Below are positions 1-9,901 of a DNA stretch of 64,000 nucleotides, piece by piece. The position numbers were made by a program, and so were the translations under genes. The stretch lies in NCBI GenBank assembly GCA_963823555.1, contig CAWGMA010000001.1:448001-512000 (forward strand). The letters are read 5' to 3'. The notes under the pieces were generated by a model. It saw nothing but the letters and a program-made list of their open reading frames with translations. It was not told the DNA's origin and searched no databases. Position 1 is the stretch's first letter; each line of letters begins with the position of its first letter. Origin of the DNA: Candidatus Eiseniibacteriota bacterium. Lineage in GTDB: Bacteria > Eisenbacteria > RBG-16-71-46 > CAVPCR01.

Positions 1-32
1 ACAAGAAGCTCGTGGCCGGCGACGTTCAGTAG
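1..32 (+). CDS. Possible 3' end of an upstream gene (...KKLVAGDVQ*), product unknown
   Basis: Open frame to TAG at 30-32, followed by a strong hairpin and converging on rlmKL; too short to identify. Confidence 0.3.
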   Translation, partial: KKLVAGDVQ

Positions 33-59
33 TCGCGCACGGGCCGTTGTCGAACGAAC

Positions 60-98
60 GGGGTCTGCGCCGGAAATCGGCGCAGACCCCCTTCTCTT
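60..98. terminator. Intrinsic terminator-like hairpin between convergent genes
   Basis: Perfect 13-bp stem GGGGTCTGCGCCG (60-72) / CGGCGCAGACCCC (78-90) followed by CTTCTCTT. Confidence 0.7.
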
Positions 99-2282
99 CT
101 AGGCTCCACGCACGATCTGCCACGCACGGTGGATCTTCCGGTTGCGAAAGTCGTCGGGAACGGTCTGGGCGCTGATCTCGCGGATCGTCGCCGCAGCGAT
201 CGCATCGGCGTCGAGCTTGAAGCGGCGGAAGTTCGTCGAGAAGAAGATGAGGCCGCCGGGGGACATGAGCGCGAGCACGCGGTTCAAGAGCCCCACGTGA
301 TCGCGCTGGATGTCCCAGATCGTCTCCATGCTCTTGCTGTTGGAGAAGGTCGGCGGATCCACCACGGCCAGGTCGTAGCTGGCGCGGTGGGGATGCTGAG
401 CGAGAAACCCGATCGCATCCTCCCGGATCATGGCGTGCTCCTTGCCGGTGAACCCGTTGAGCGCCATGTTGCGCCGCGCCCACTCGAGGTACGTGTTCGA
501 GAGATCGACCGTGGTCGTGGTCAACGCCCCGCCGGCGGCGGCGTACACGGTGAAGGTGCCGGTGTATCCGAAGAGGTTCAGGAATCGCTTGCCACGGGCC
601 GCCTCGCGCACCATGGAGCGCGTGATGCGATGGTCGAGGAAGAGCCCGGTATCGATGTAATCCGAGAGGTTGACAAGGAACTTGAGTCCACCCTCGGTGA
701 CCTCGATGGTGTGCCCCAGATCCGCCTGTCGCTCGTGCTGCCGGGAGCCGCGTTGTGGGGCGCGGTACTTGACGAAGACATGGGTTCGGGGGATCGCCAG
801 CGTCTCGCTCGCCGTGTGCGCCATCAGGTCGAGCCAGTCGGCGTGCTCGCCCGGCGTGTGAGTGTGGGGGCGCTCGTACTCGGAGATGTGGAGCCGATCG
901 GCGTAGCGGTCGACGACGAGCGGCACCTCCGGGATGTCGCGCTCGTAGAGCCGGTAGCAGGTGATATCGAGCTGCGCCGGCCAGCGGCGGAGGTGCCGCG
1001 CGCGCTTGGCGAGTCGATCCCCGAAGGCGCGGGCCTGCTCCCGCATCTTCGGTGTGATCCCGCCGAAGGCCGGTGCCGCGACCGCAATCTCGGCTGTCGG
1101 CTCCTGGCGGCGGGCCTCACGCGCGGTCCTCTCGGGTGTTTCGGGGCGGGGCCGGTCGGGCTTGGGTCCCTGGAACTGGTAGTACGTGCACTCGATGGGT
1201 CCGTTGTAGAGCTTCCGCCGGCGATCCGCCGGCTGGCCGATCAGCTGCTCGAAGCCGCGATAGGAGGTCAGGATGTAGTGGGACCAGGTGCGGAGATTGC
1301 GGAGCACGGCCGGCATCGAGGCATAGAGCTCTCGCACCTCAGGCCGATCGCTCAGGCGTTCGCCATAGGGTGGGTTACAGATCACGCAGCCGTAGAGCTT
1401 CCGGCTCGAGAGCTCGGCGAACGGCTGCTGCTGGAAGTGAATGTCGTTCGCCACGCCGGCGTTCGCGGCATTGTGACGCGCCAGGTCGAGCACCGCAGCG
1501 TCGATATCGGAACCCATGATGAAGCCGGAGATCCCCTCGGTGATGAGATCGCGAGCTTCGGATCGCGCCTCACGCCAGGCCTGGGCCGGGATGCGCGGCC
1601 ATGCTTCGGCTGCGAACTCGCGTTTGAGACCGGGTGCGATGCGGCGCCCGATGAGCGCCGCCTCGATGGGGATGGTGCCGGTGCCGCAAAAAGGGTCGAT
1701 GAGCGGCCGGTCGGGCCGCCAGTAACTCAAGAGCACGAGGGCCGCGGCCAGCGTCTCCTTGAGTGGCGCTTCACCGCCCCGCAGGCGATAGCCGCGCTTG
1801 TGGAGCCCGGAACCCGAGGCGTCGATGGTCAGGGTCACCGTGTCCGCGAGGATCGCCACCTCGACGGCGACGGGCGGACCGGTCTCGGGTAGTCGAGCCA
1901 CCCTGTGCGCCGCGAGCAAACGATCGACGATCGCCTTCTTCACGATCTTCTGGCAGGCAGGAACGCTCGATAGCTGCGACTTGACCGACCGTCCACCGAC
2001 CGGGAACGCGGCATCGGGTGGAATCCACTCCTCCCAGGCGAGGCTGTGCGTGCCGTCGAAGAGGGCGCCGAAGTCGGTAGCCTCGAAGGTGCCGATACGG
2101 ACCAGGACACGATCGGAACAGCGAAGCCAGAGATTGGCGCGAGCGATCGCCGACTCGTCGCCGCGGAACAGCGTGCGGCCATTCTGGATGGTCTCGGCCT
2201 CGTATCCGAGAGCGACGAGTTCGCGCTTGACGGGGGCTTCGAGCCCGAAGGTGGAGGTGGCGATCAGATCGAGCTGGGTCAA
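99..2282 (-). CDS. rlmKL: Bifunctional 23S rRNA methyltransferase RlmK/RlmL
   Basis: N-terminal THUMP plus SGSGLHKRGYR, APLKETLAAA, DPFCGTGTIPIEAA and NPPYGERL motifs; C-terminal YRLYERDIPE, DYIDTGLFLDHR, FLNLFGYTG and DPPTFSNSK motifs; TTG start. Confidence 0.95.
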   Translation of the reverse strand: MTQLDLIATSTFGLEAPVKRELVALGYEAETIQNGRTLFRGDESAIARANLWLRCSDRVLVRIGTFEATDFGALFDGTHSLAWEEWIPPDAAFPVGGRSVKSQLSSVPACQKIVKKAIVDRLLAAHRVARLPETGPPVAVEVAILADTVTLTIDASGSGLHKRGYRLRGGEAPLKETLAAALVLLSYWRPDRPLIDPFCGTGTIPIEAALIGRRIAPGLKREFAAEAWPRIPAQAWREARSEARDLITEGISGFIMGSDIDAAVLDLARHNAANAGVANDIHFQQQPFAELSSRKLYGCVICNPPYGERLSDRPEVRELYASMPAVLRNLRTWSHYILTSYRGFEQLIGQPADRRRKLYNGPIECTYYQFQGPKPDRPRPETPERTAREARRQEPTAEIAVAAPAFGGITPKMREQARAFGDRLAKRARHLRRWPAQLDITCYRLYERDIPEVPLVVDRYADRLHISEYERPHTHTPGEHADWLDLMAHTASETLAIPRTHVFVKYRAPQRGSRQHERQADLGHTIEVTEGGLKFLVNLSDYIDTGLFLDHRITRSMVREAARGKRFLNLFGYTGTFTVYAAAGGALTTTTVDLSNTYLEWARRNMALNGFTGKEHAMIREDAIGFLAQHPHRASYDLAVVDPPTFSNSKSMETIWDIQRDHVGLLNRVLALMSPGGLIFFSTNFRRFKLDADAIAAATIREISAQTVPDDFRNRKIHRAWQIVRGA

Positions 2283-2366
2283 GACTCGCGGGATTCCTTT
2301 CTCGGCGTTTCCTTCTCCGCGCCGCGCTGGAAGACGGGCGGGGAGCGGCGGCGAACGACCGCCGGG

Positions 2367-2372
2367 ATTATA
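2367..2372 (-). promoter_or_regulatory. Consensus -10 box (TATAAT) for rlmKL
   Basis: ATTATA on + strand reads TATAAT on - strand, about 85 nt upstream of the rlmKL start; no good -35 seen. Confidence 0.5.
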
Positions 2373-2383
2373 CGCCCGGCGCG

Positions 2384-2423
2384 CTTAGGAAATTCTTAGG
2401 ATCCTGGAAGCGATCACTTAGCA
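2384..2423 (+). promoter_or_regulatory. Phased direct repeats CTTAG(G/C)A, candidate winged-helix regulator site
   Basis: CTTAGGA at 2384 and 2395 and CTTAGCA at 2417 (spacings 11 and 22 bp) upstream of the hemerythrin operon. Confidence 0.55.
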
Positions 2424-2478
2424 ACCATGTTCGCTCGCTCCTGCGTATGCTCGGGACAACCTTGAAAGGAGGTGTCCC

Positions 2479-3066
2479 GTGGAACGCATGGATCTCTACA
2501 CGACAGTGCACAAGGGCCTCAGGGCGGCCATGTTCGAAGCCGCGCTCGAGGTCGCCCGGACCGACTTCCGCGACCCGGCGGCGACCGAGCAGACGGTGGC
2601 GGTTCTCCGCCGGCTTTCCGGCTTTCTCGACGAGCATGCCGAGCACGAGGATCGCGTGATCATGCCGGAGATCGCGCGGCTCGATCCCGGGCTGCACGTC
2701 GAGCTCGAGGCCGAACACACCCGGGTGGCTGGCCTCGGGCGGGAGCTCGTTCTGCATCTCGACCGTTTCGCATGTGCAAATGCGGAAGAGCGCGCCGCGC
2801 TCGGCAAGCGACTGCACCTGCGCATGGGTCGTCTGGTGGCCGAGCATCTCAGGCACATGGAGCGTGAAGAATCCATCGCCAACCGGGTATTATGGGCGCA
2901 TCACACCGACGCGGAGATCATCGAGCTTCACGAGAGGATCCTGGCCGCGATTCCACCGGTGCGGATGGTCGAGTGGATGGAGATCATCCTGCCGGCGATC
3001 GATCCCGGCGAGCGCGCCACCCTCGAAGCCGGCATGGAACTCGGGGAATCAAGGAAGGCATCATGA
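2479..3066 (+). CDS. Hemerythrin (HHE cation-binding) domain protein
   Basis: His/Glu di-iron pattern VH...EHAEHED...EAEH...HLRHMEREE; AAGGAGG RBS before the GTG start. Confidence 0.85.
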   Translation: MERMDLYTTVHKGLRAAMFEAALEVARTDFRDPAATEQTVAVLRRLSGFLDEHAEHEDRVIMPEIARLDPGLHVELEAEHTRVAGLGRELVLHLDRFACANAEERAALGKRLHLRMGRLVAEHLRHMEREESIANRVLWAHHTDAEIIELHERILAAIPPVRMVEWMEIILPAIDPGERATLEAGMELGESRKAS

Positions 3067-4226
3067 CATCGGAGGGTGTCGACACCCCGGCGCCGGGCGC
3101 CGTTGGCGGGCGGGGGCCGCGCAGCCGCATCGCGCTGCTGGCCGTCGTCGCCCTCGTGGTCGGGGTTGCGCTCGGCGCGACCTGGGTGCGGGGCCGGGCC
3201 GCCCCGGCTGGATCACGGATCCCCGAACGGCTCGCCGATACGGGTCTCTACGCCGACTTCGCCGCCGGGACCATCAGTCCCCGGAATCGATTCTACGAGC
3301 CCCAGTATCCGCTCTGGACCGATGGCGCCGCCAAGAGGCGATGGGTCCACCTGCCGCCCGGGAAGAGGATCGATGCTTCAGACCCCGACCACTGGCGCTT
3401 CCCGGTCGGCACCAAGTTCTGGAAGGAGTTCTCCTTCGGCCGCCCGGTCGAGACTCGCTACATGGAACTCACCGAGAGCGGCGAGTGGATCTTCGCCTCC
3501 TATGTCTGGAACGAGGGTGAATCCGACGCGGTTCTGGCTCCTGAAAAGGGCGTGAAGGGCGTCTGCGAGATCCGTCCCGGCGTGCGGCATGACATCCCCG
3601 GCCGCTACGATTGTCTCGCCTGTCACGAAGGGCAGCCCGGACGCGTGCTCGGCTTCAGCGCGCTCCAGCTCTCGGCGGATCGCGACCCGCTCGCACCGCA
3701 TGCCACGGCACCCGCACCTGGCGCCATCGATCTCGATGAACTCGAAGCACGCGGGTGGGTCGAGTCCTTCCCCTTGCGTGACGCCCAGCCTCCGCGAATC
3801 GACGTCCCCACCCCGCGTGCCCGCGCCGCGCTCGGCTACCTGCACGCCAACTGCGGCCATTGCCACAATCCGACGCGCCCCATAGCGGGTCTGGACCTGA
3901 CGCTCGAAGCCTGCCTCACCGGCGGCCGTGGAGCGAGCGGGCGTGAGATGCTGGCCACGAGCCTGGGCCGGCAGAGCCACTTCCACCTGCCGGCCGCGGG
4001 AGAGGGTGCGAATGACATCCGGATCGTTCCCGGCGATCCGGCTCACAGTGTCCTGCTCGAACGCATGGCTTCACGCGTTGCCGCCGTCCAGATGCCCCCG
4101 CTCGGGACGCACCTGGTGGACGACGAAGCCGTAGCGCTCCTGACTGCCTGGATCCGCGACGACCTGCCCGCGCAGGGAGTCGAAACCACGTCTCACAACC
4201 CAACCCAATCAGAGGAAAAGCCATGA
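3063..4226 (+). CDS. Membrane-anchored diheme c-type cytochrome (SO2930-like)
   Basis: ATG 3063 overlaps the upstream stop (ATGA); N-terminal hydrophobic helix; two CxxCH motifs (CLACH, CGHCH); [23 protein letters not shown] and MPPLG motifs. Confidence 0.8.
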   Translation: MTSEGVDTPAPGAVGGRGPRSRIALLAVVALVVGVALGATWVRGRAAPAGSRIPERLADTGLYADFAAGTISPRNRFYEPQYPLWTDGAAKRRWVHLPPGKRIDASDPDHWRFPVGTKFWKEFSFGRPVETRYMELTESGEWIFASYVWNEGESDAVLAPEKGVKGVCEIRPGVRHDIPGRYDCLACHEGQPGRVLGFSALQLSADRDPLAPHATAPAPGAIDLDELEARGWVESFPLRDAQPPRIDVPTPRARAALGYLHANCGHCHNPTRPIAGLDLTLEACLTGGRGASGREMLATSLGRQSHFHLPAAGEGANDIRIVPGDPAHSVLLERMASRVAAVQMPPLGTHLVDDEAVALLTAWIRDDLPAQGVETTSHNPTQSEEKP

Positions 4227-4834
4227 CGGCCATCGTCCCCCATGCCACTGAACGGTCCCGGTCCCTTGTGTTCCTGTTGCTCCCGATCTTCGTCGCCCTG
4301 GGCGTGGTCATCGGTGTCATCGACTGGCCCGCGCCCACCGGGAAGGCGCTTGCTGCCGGGTCCAATCCCGATGTCGAGCGGGGCCAGTATCTCGTCAACG
4401 CGATGGGCTGCAATGACTGCCACACGCCCTGGAAGATGGGGCCTGAGGGCCCCGCGCCGGACATGACGCGCATGCTCTCGGGTCATCCCGAGGCCGACAA
4501 GATCTCCGGGGTCACGTCGCTGCCCGCACCGTGGGGTGTGGCGACATCCCCGACCTTCACGGCCTGGCAGGGTCCCTGGGGGGTGAGCTTCGCGGCGAAC
4601 TTGACGCCCGACAAGGACACCGGGCTCGGCAACTGGACCGAGGCCGATTTCAAGGCCGCAATCCAGTCCGGACGCCACCTGGGACGCGGGCGGCCGATCC
4701 TGCCGCCGATGCCCGTCCAGAACCTGGCCGGGCTCACCGACGCGGATCTCCATGCCGTCTTCGCCTACCTGCAGAGCATCCCCGCGCTGAAGAACCGGGT
4801 TCCCGAGCCGCTTCCGCCGGCCACCGGGAACTGA
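4223..4834 (+). CDS. Monoheme c-type cytochrome, exported or membrane-anchored
   Basis: ATGA overlap; ERGQYLV..GCNDCHTP, GPWGVSFAANLTPD and PPMP motifs; N-terminal hydrophobic segment. Confidence 0.85.
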   Translation: MTAIVPHATERSRSLVFLLLPIFVALGVVIGVIDWPAPTGKALAAGSNPDVERGQYLVNAMGCNDCHTPWKMGPEGPAPDMTRMLSGHPEADKISGVTSLPAPWGVATSPTFTAWQGPWGVSFAANLTPDKDTGLGNWTEADFKAAIQSGRHLGRGRPILPPMPVQNLAGLTDADLHAVFAYLQSIPALKNRVPEPLPPATGN

Positions 4835-4862
4835 TCCGGAACGAGCGCCCGTCGGCTCCTGG

Positions 4863-4906
4863 CGGCTCCGCCCTCGGCTCTCCTTGCGGGTCCGGGGGCG
4901 GAGCCG
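4863..4906 (+). other. Intra-operon stem-loop (stabiliser or attenuator)
   Basis: 15-bp stem CGGCTCCGCCCTCGG / CCGGGGGCGGAGCCG with one G-U pair and no U-tract. Confidence 0.45.
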
Positions 4907-4934
4907 TACCATCGACCGTACGGAGTGCGCTCGA

Positions 4935-5414
4935 ATGATCCCCGCCGAACTCTGCGAATTCCTCCAGTCCGGACTCTCGATCCTGTGCGGAACGCGCAGC
5001 GATCGGCTGTTGCCCGAAGCCTGCCGCGCCGTGGGCGCGCGCGTCGACGCAGGCGGTTCCGAGCTCACCGTGTTCCTGCCGGTGGCGACCGCCGAGTGCA
5101 CGGTGGCCAACTTGCGGGACAACGGACGGCTCGCCGTTTGCTTCTCGCGGGCGATCGATCACCGATCGGTGCAAGTGAAGGGCCGGGTCCTCACGATCGC
5201 GGACGCGAGCGAGGAGGACCGCCGGGAGGTCCTGCGCTACCGGCGCGCGCTCGCCGGAGCCTGGGCCGAGATCGGTATCCCGCCTCGGATCACCCTGCGC
5301 ATGGCGCACTGGCCCTGCCACGCGGTCCGGCTGCGTGCGGAAGCGGTCTTCAATCAGACCCCGGGGCCGGGAGCGGGCAGTGTGCTCGGCCGAGGCCTCC
5401 CGGCGTCATCATGA
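4935..5414 (+). CDS. Pyridoxamine 5'-phosphate oxidase-like FMN-binding split-barrel protein
   Basis: Start ATG 4935 after GGAG; motifs TVANLRDNGRLAVCFS, HRSVQVKG and FNQTPGPGAG. Confidence 0.75.
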   Translation: MIPAELCEFLQSGLSILCGTRSDRLLPEACRAVGARVDAGGSELTVFLPVATAECTVANLRDNGRLAVCFSRAIDHRSVQVKGRVLTIADASEEDRREVLRYRRALAGAWAEIGIPPRITLRMAHWPCHAVRLRAEAVFNQTPGPGAGSVLGRGLPASS

Positions 5415-6826
5415 ACTGTCGACTCGCTGATCTCGCTCCCTGCTTCCAGGGGATCATCCCTTCGATCATCGCCACTTCGGGTCGCGACGGGGAGCCGAAC
5501 GTCACCTATCTCTCGCAGGTCTATCATGTCGATGATCGGCATGTCGCACTGTCTTGCCAGTTCTTCAACAAGACCAAGCGCAACATCGCGGAGAATCCCT
5601 TCGCGGCGGTGATCCTCCATCACCCGGTGAGTTTCGAGGCGTGGCGTCTCAAGCTGCGCTTCATGCGCTCCGAGCTCGAGGGACCGCTCTTCGAGAAGAT
5701 GGCCCTCAGGATCCAGGTGATCGCTTCGCACACCGGGATGGCCGGGGTGTTCCGGCTCCTCTCGGCCGATATCTACGAGGTGCTCTCGGTCGAGCCGGTG
5801 CCGGGGTTCCTGTTGCCTCCGGATCCCGTGCTCGACGCTGCATCCGGGGAGATGCCGTCCGGGCCGCTCACCGAGCTGCGCGGAGTGCAGATGATCTCCG
5901 AGCGCATCACGCGGGCCGACGATCTCGATAGCCTCCTCACCGGGACGATGGAAGCGCTCGACGAACTCCTTGGGTTCTCTCACGCGATGGTGTTCCTCCT
6001 CGAGCCGAGCGGCGATCGGCTGGTGGCGATCACCAACCGGGGCTACGGGACGAGGGGAATCGGCGGTGAAGTGCCGCTCGGCGAGGGACTGATCGGCACG
6101 GTCGCGGAGCACCGCCGCATGGTCCGGGTCGCGGGGGTGGGAAGCGAGATCCGGTACGGCCAGGCCATACGTGGTCGCGTTGTGGAGTGTGGGGAATCCG
6201 GCCGCCTGAGCGCCGAGATTCCTCTCCCCGGCCTGCCCGACGCGCAGGCGCAGCTGGGCCTGCCGCTTCTTGCTGGCGACCGCCTGCTCGGCGTTCTGGC
6301 GGTGGAGAGCCGGGATCCCCTCTGCTTCGACGACTGGGATGAAGCCTTCCTGCAGATCCTCGCCAACCAGATCGCCATGGGTATCGATCACATGCAGGCC
6401 ACCGGCGAGGAGTCCGAAGGTGGGCCGCACGAAGCAGGCGCGGCGGCCGCCGCGGAGCGGAAGACGAAGCGGTCGCGCACGCCGCCGGCGCCACGGCGGA
6501 CGCGGAACTTCCTCTACTACATCAACGACGATTGTATCTTCGTTGACGGCGAGTACCTGATCCGCAACGTCCCCGCGAAGATTCTCTGGAAGATCCTCGG
6601 GCTCAACCAGCGCGAGGGGCGCACCGAGTTCACCAACCGCGAGTTGCGCCTCGACCCAGCGCTCGGGCTGCCTCCGATCAAGGACAACCTCGAGAGCCGT
6701 TTGATCCTCCTGCGCAAGCGGCTCGCGGAGAAATGTCCTGACGTGCGCCTGGTGTCGCGGCGCCGGGGGTGCTTCGCGCTGGAGCTCGATACCGGGTTCG
6801 AGCTGGCGGAGAGAAAGACAGGTTAG
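5411..6826 (+). CDS. PNPOx-like FMN-binding + GAF + C-terminal winged-helix putative transcriptional regulator
   Basis: ATG 5411 overlaps the upstream stop; N-terminal [23 protein letters not shown]; central GAF ([22 protein letters not shown]); C-terminal [32 protein letters not shown]. Confidence 0.8.
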   Translation: MNCRLADLAPCFQGIIPSIIATSGRDGEPNVTYLSQVYHVDDRHVALSCQFFNKTKRNIAENPFAAVILHHPVSFEAWRLKLRFMRSELEGPLFEKMALRIQVIASHTGMAGVFRLLSADIYEVLSVEPVPGFLLPPDPVLDAASGEMPSGPLTELRGVQMISERITRADDLDSLLTGTMEALDELLGFSHAMVFLLEPSGDRLVAITNRGYGTRGIGGEVPLGEGLIGTVAEHRRMVRVAGVGSEIRYGQAIRGRVVECGESGRLSAEIPLPGLPDAQAQLGLPLLAGDRLLGVLAVESRDPLCFDDWDEAFLQILANQIAMGIDHMQATGEESEGGPHEAGAAAAAERKTKRSRTPPAPRRTRNFLYYINDDCIFVDGEYLIRNVPAKILWKILGLNQREGRTEFTNRELRLDPALGLPPIKDNLESRLILLRKRLAEKCPDVRLVSRRRGCFALELDTGFELAERKTG

Positions 6827-6828
6827 CC

Positions 6829-8429
6829 ATGGGCAAGCATCCATCAGGAAGGAAGGGGAGGGGGCGGGCGGATCGTCCAGATCATCGCTCCCGGCGGACG
6901 GACTCCGTGGCCGACAGGAAGGGGAAGGAGCCCGACTCCGGATCGGTGGCCGGAGGCGGACCGCCCGCGGGCCGCCGCGCTGCGGCGAAGCACGATCTCG
7001 AACGAATCGACGATTTCCGCTGGCGCATTCCTCGGCAGGGGGCGATGCGCGTCGAAGGGCTCGTCTTCGCTACCGAGAAGCTCGTGCGGTCGATGGCCGG
7101 CGACGAGGCGGTCTCGCAGGTGGCGAATGTGGCCACCCTCCCCGGCATCGTCGGGCGCTCGATCGGCATGCCCGACATCCACTGGGGCTACGGTTTCGCC
7201 ATCGGGGGTGTCGCCGCCTTCGATCCGGCGGCAGGGCGGTGTCGTCTCTCCCGGTGGGGTGGGCTTCGACATCAACTGCGGGGTCCGCCTCCTGCGCTCG
7301 AACGTACACCGGCGCGATGTGGAGCGCGTGATCGCTCCGCTCATGGACGAGATCCAGCGCTCGATCCCGGCCGGGGTCGGGCACGGTTATCGCGACAAGC
7401 TCGGTCCGCGCGAGGTGACCCAGGTGCTCACGCGCGGGGCCGAGTGGGCGGTCGAGCAGGGTCAGGGGCTCGCCGAGGATCTCGAACGCATCGAGGCCGG
7501 CGGCCGCCTCCCGGGCGCCGATCCGGGCGAGGTCTCCGAGCGGGCCATCGAGCGCGGGCGGGCTCAGCTCGGTACCGTCGGCTCGGGCAATCACTTCATC
7601 GAGGTCGGCTACGTGGCCGAGGTCTTCGACGACGATCTGGCCCGGACGTTCGGTCTCGAGCTCGATCAGATGACCATCTTCATTCACTCCGGGTCGCGCG
7701 GGCTCGGCTATCAGGTGTGCGACGATTTTCTCAAGATCATGTTGAGTGCCGCCCGCAAGTACGGGATCGAACTCCCGGATCGCCAGCTCGCGTGCGCGCC
7801 CCTCGGTTCCGCGGAGGCCCGGAGCTACATGGGGGCGATGAACGCCGCCGCCAACTACGCCTTTGCCAACCGCCAGATCATGGCCCATCGGGTGCGCGAA
7901 ACCGTGAGCCGGGTTCTGGGCCAGGGGCAGGCAGCGCTCGGGCTCCGTCTGGTCTACGACGTCGCGCACAACATCGCCAAGATCGAGGAGCACGAGGTGG
8001 AAGGCCGGGTGCGGAAGCTCTGCGTCCACAGGAAGGGAGCCACCCGCGCCTTTCCGCCGGGACACGCGGAGCTTCCTCCGGTGTATCGCTCTACGGGCCA
8101 GCCGGTGCTGATCCCGGGGGACATGGGGCGGTATTCCTACGTCCTGGCCGGGACCGAAGGGCGCATTTCGCGAGTCGTTCGGGTCCACCTGCCATGGCGC
8201 CGGCCGGCGGATGTCGCGAAACGCCGCTCGTCACGAGGCCCGCGGCCGCGAGCTCAAACGGGAGTTCCGCGAGCGGGGCATCGAGGTGCGAGGCGCGAGC
8301 TTCGCCACCATCGCGGAGGAGATCCCTGAAGCGTACAAGGATGTGGCGGATGTGGTGGACGCGGTCCACGGAGCGGGCATCGGGCGCAAGATCGCCCAGC
8401 TCCGGCCACTAGGAGTGCTGAAGGGCTAG
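6829..8429 (+). CDS. rtcB: RtcB family RNA ligase, split by two +1 frameshifts (~7230 and ~8162)
   Basis: Catalytic motifs are spread over three successive frames: [51 protein letters not shown]; then STCHGAGR and [10 protein letters not shown]. Confidence 0.9.
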
Positions 8430-8684
8430 CTTTGCGGCTGGCCGCGGTGGTCTCGGCCCCGGATCCGGCGAGATTCCTTGACCGGTGCCAGCGCGGCCGT
8501 GTAGCGTGCCAAGCAGATCCTTCGTGCCCCGAGTCCGGTCTTCTATTCTTGTAAATTGCATAAGATCAGAGACTTAGAAGGATCACAGCGGGCAGCCCCG
8601 GCCCGTTCTGGACCAGCAGTCACGATGCTCCAAGGTTCCCTCCGGCCCTGAACAGCCGGGATACCGCGCGAGAGGTTTCTCTCT

Positions 8685-9395
8685 ATGGACTGGACCGCAC
8701 AGGTCGCTTCGCTTGTGCTCGCGGCAGGCCCACTGGCCAAAGGCGTCCTTCTTATCCTGCTCTTCATCTCGATCGTCTCGTGGACGGTCATCTTCGACCG
8801 CTGGCGCTACTTCCGCATGGCCGCCGAGCACATGAAGCGCTTTCGCGGATTGTTCGCGACGACCGGTCTCGTCAACCTGACCGCGGTGGCCCAGAAGCTC
8901 GGGAGCGGTCCGCTCTCCCGCATCGCGGAGGCAGCGATGGACGAGTACGAGCTCTCGTTCCAGCGCAGCGCCAATCCAGGGCCGGCCATGGCGCCTGTGA
9001 CCCAGCCCGGCGAGGAGACGCGCCGCCGCGGGCTTCTCGAGAACGTCGAGCGCGCGCTCGTCACCGCCATCGAGGAGGAAGTCGCCCGGGCGGAGAGGCG
9101 GCTCCCGTTCCTGGCCACGACCGCCGCCGTGGGGCCGCTGCTCGGGCTCTTCGGTACCGTCTGGGGCATCATGAGCTCCTTCATGGCGATCGGCCTGCGT
9201 GGCTCGGCCAACATCCAGGCGGTGGCTCCGGGTATCGCCGAGGCGCTCATCGTCACGGCATGCGGTCTCGCCGCGGCCATCCCGGCCGCGATCGCCTTCA
9301 ACCACTACCTGGGGCGAGTCCGCATCCTCGAGGAGGAGCTCGGAGCCTTCTCGCGTGAGCTCCTGAGCGCCTTCGCGCGCGAGGCGTTGCGCTGA
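8685..9395 (+). CDS. tolQ: TolQ (MotA/TolQ/ExbB proton channel)
   Basis: LATTAAVGPLLGLFGTVWGIM, VAPGIAEALIVTA and AIPA motifs; first gene of the tol-pal cluster. Confidence 0.9.
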   Translation: MDWTAQVASLVLAAGPLAKGVLLILLFISIVSWTVIFDRWRYFRMAAEHMKRFRGLFATTGLVNLTAVAQKLGSGPLSRIAEAAMDEYELSFQRSANPGPAMAPVTQPGEETRRRGLLENVERALVTAIEEEVARAERRLPFLATTAAVGPLLGLFGTVWGIMSSFMAIGLRGSANIQAVAPGIAEALIVTACGLAAAIPAAIAFNHYLGRVRILEEELGAFSRELLSAFAREALR

Positions 9396-9462
9396 GCATC
9401 GGGCTCGAGCCCCGCGCTCGAGTCCGGCGCCGGCTCGAGCCCGGCGCAAGGAGGGGGAACCC

Positions 9463-9891
9463 GTGATCCGGATGACTCGCGAGCGCCCGAAGGCGATGGC
9501 CGAGATCAACATCATCAACTTGGTCGACGTCATCCTCGTGCTGCTCATCATCTTCATGCTCACAGCACCGTTCATTCAGGGTGGCATCGAGATCGATCTA
9601 CCCAGAACGCGCACGACGGGACGCGATACGCGCGAAGGCATGGTCGTGACCGTTACATCCCAGGGCACGATCTTCATCGAGGACGTCAAGCTCGACATGG
9701 AAGCTCTCGGTCCCGAGCTGGCCCGCCGCTATGAGGTCGAGCCGGGTGCGCCGGTCTACCTGCGTGCCGACAAGAGCGTCGACTACGGATTCGTGGTGGC
9801 GGTGATCAGCGCGATCAAGGCGGCGGGGTTCGTCAACCTCGGGCTCGTGACCGAGCCCGTATCGGAGGCCTGGCTCCGCAAGCGGAGCTAG
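9463..9891 (+). CDS. tolR: TolR/ExbD
   Basis: AEINIINLVDVILVLLIIFM.TAP and YLRADKSVDYG motifs; start uncertain (9463, 9472 or 9496). Confidence 0.9.
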   Translation: MIRMTRERPKAMAEINIINLVDVILVLLIIFMLTAPFIQGGIEIDLPRTRTTGRDTREGMVVTVTSQGTIFIEDVKLDMEALGPELARRYEVEPGAPVYLRADKSVDYGFVVAVISAIKAAGFVNLGLVTEPVSEAWLRKRS

Positions 9892-9901
9892 CAAACGAGC
9901 G

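Noticed and set aside
129..1892. Long antisense and alternate-frame ORFs (for example 129-1892, 41838-43943, 51546-54353, 61282-63576)
   Set aside because: Shadow ORFs expected in GC-rich DNA overlapping well-supported genes; no recognisable motifs.
7225..8170. Programmed frameshifting or inactivation of rtcB
   Set aside because: No slippery heptamer is visible, all catalytic motifs are retained, and similar isolated indels occur at ~19390, ~30140 and ~34230; probably sequencing error.
8543..8580. AT-rich IHF-like sites upstream of tolQ and near 41700
   Set aside because: Only partial matches to WATCARNNNNTTR; not supportable.
9400..9444. Three GCTCGAG palindromes between tolQ and tolR
   Set aside because: CTCGAG is very common throughout this sequence; at most a small intergenic hairpin.
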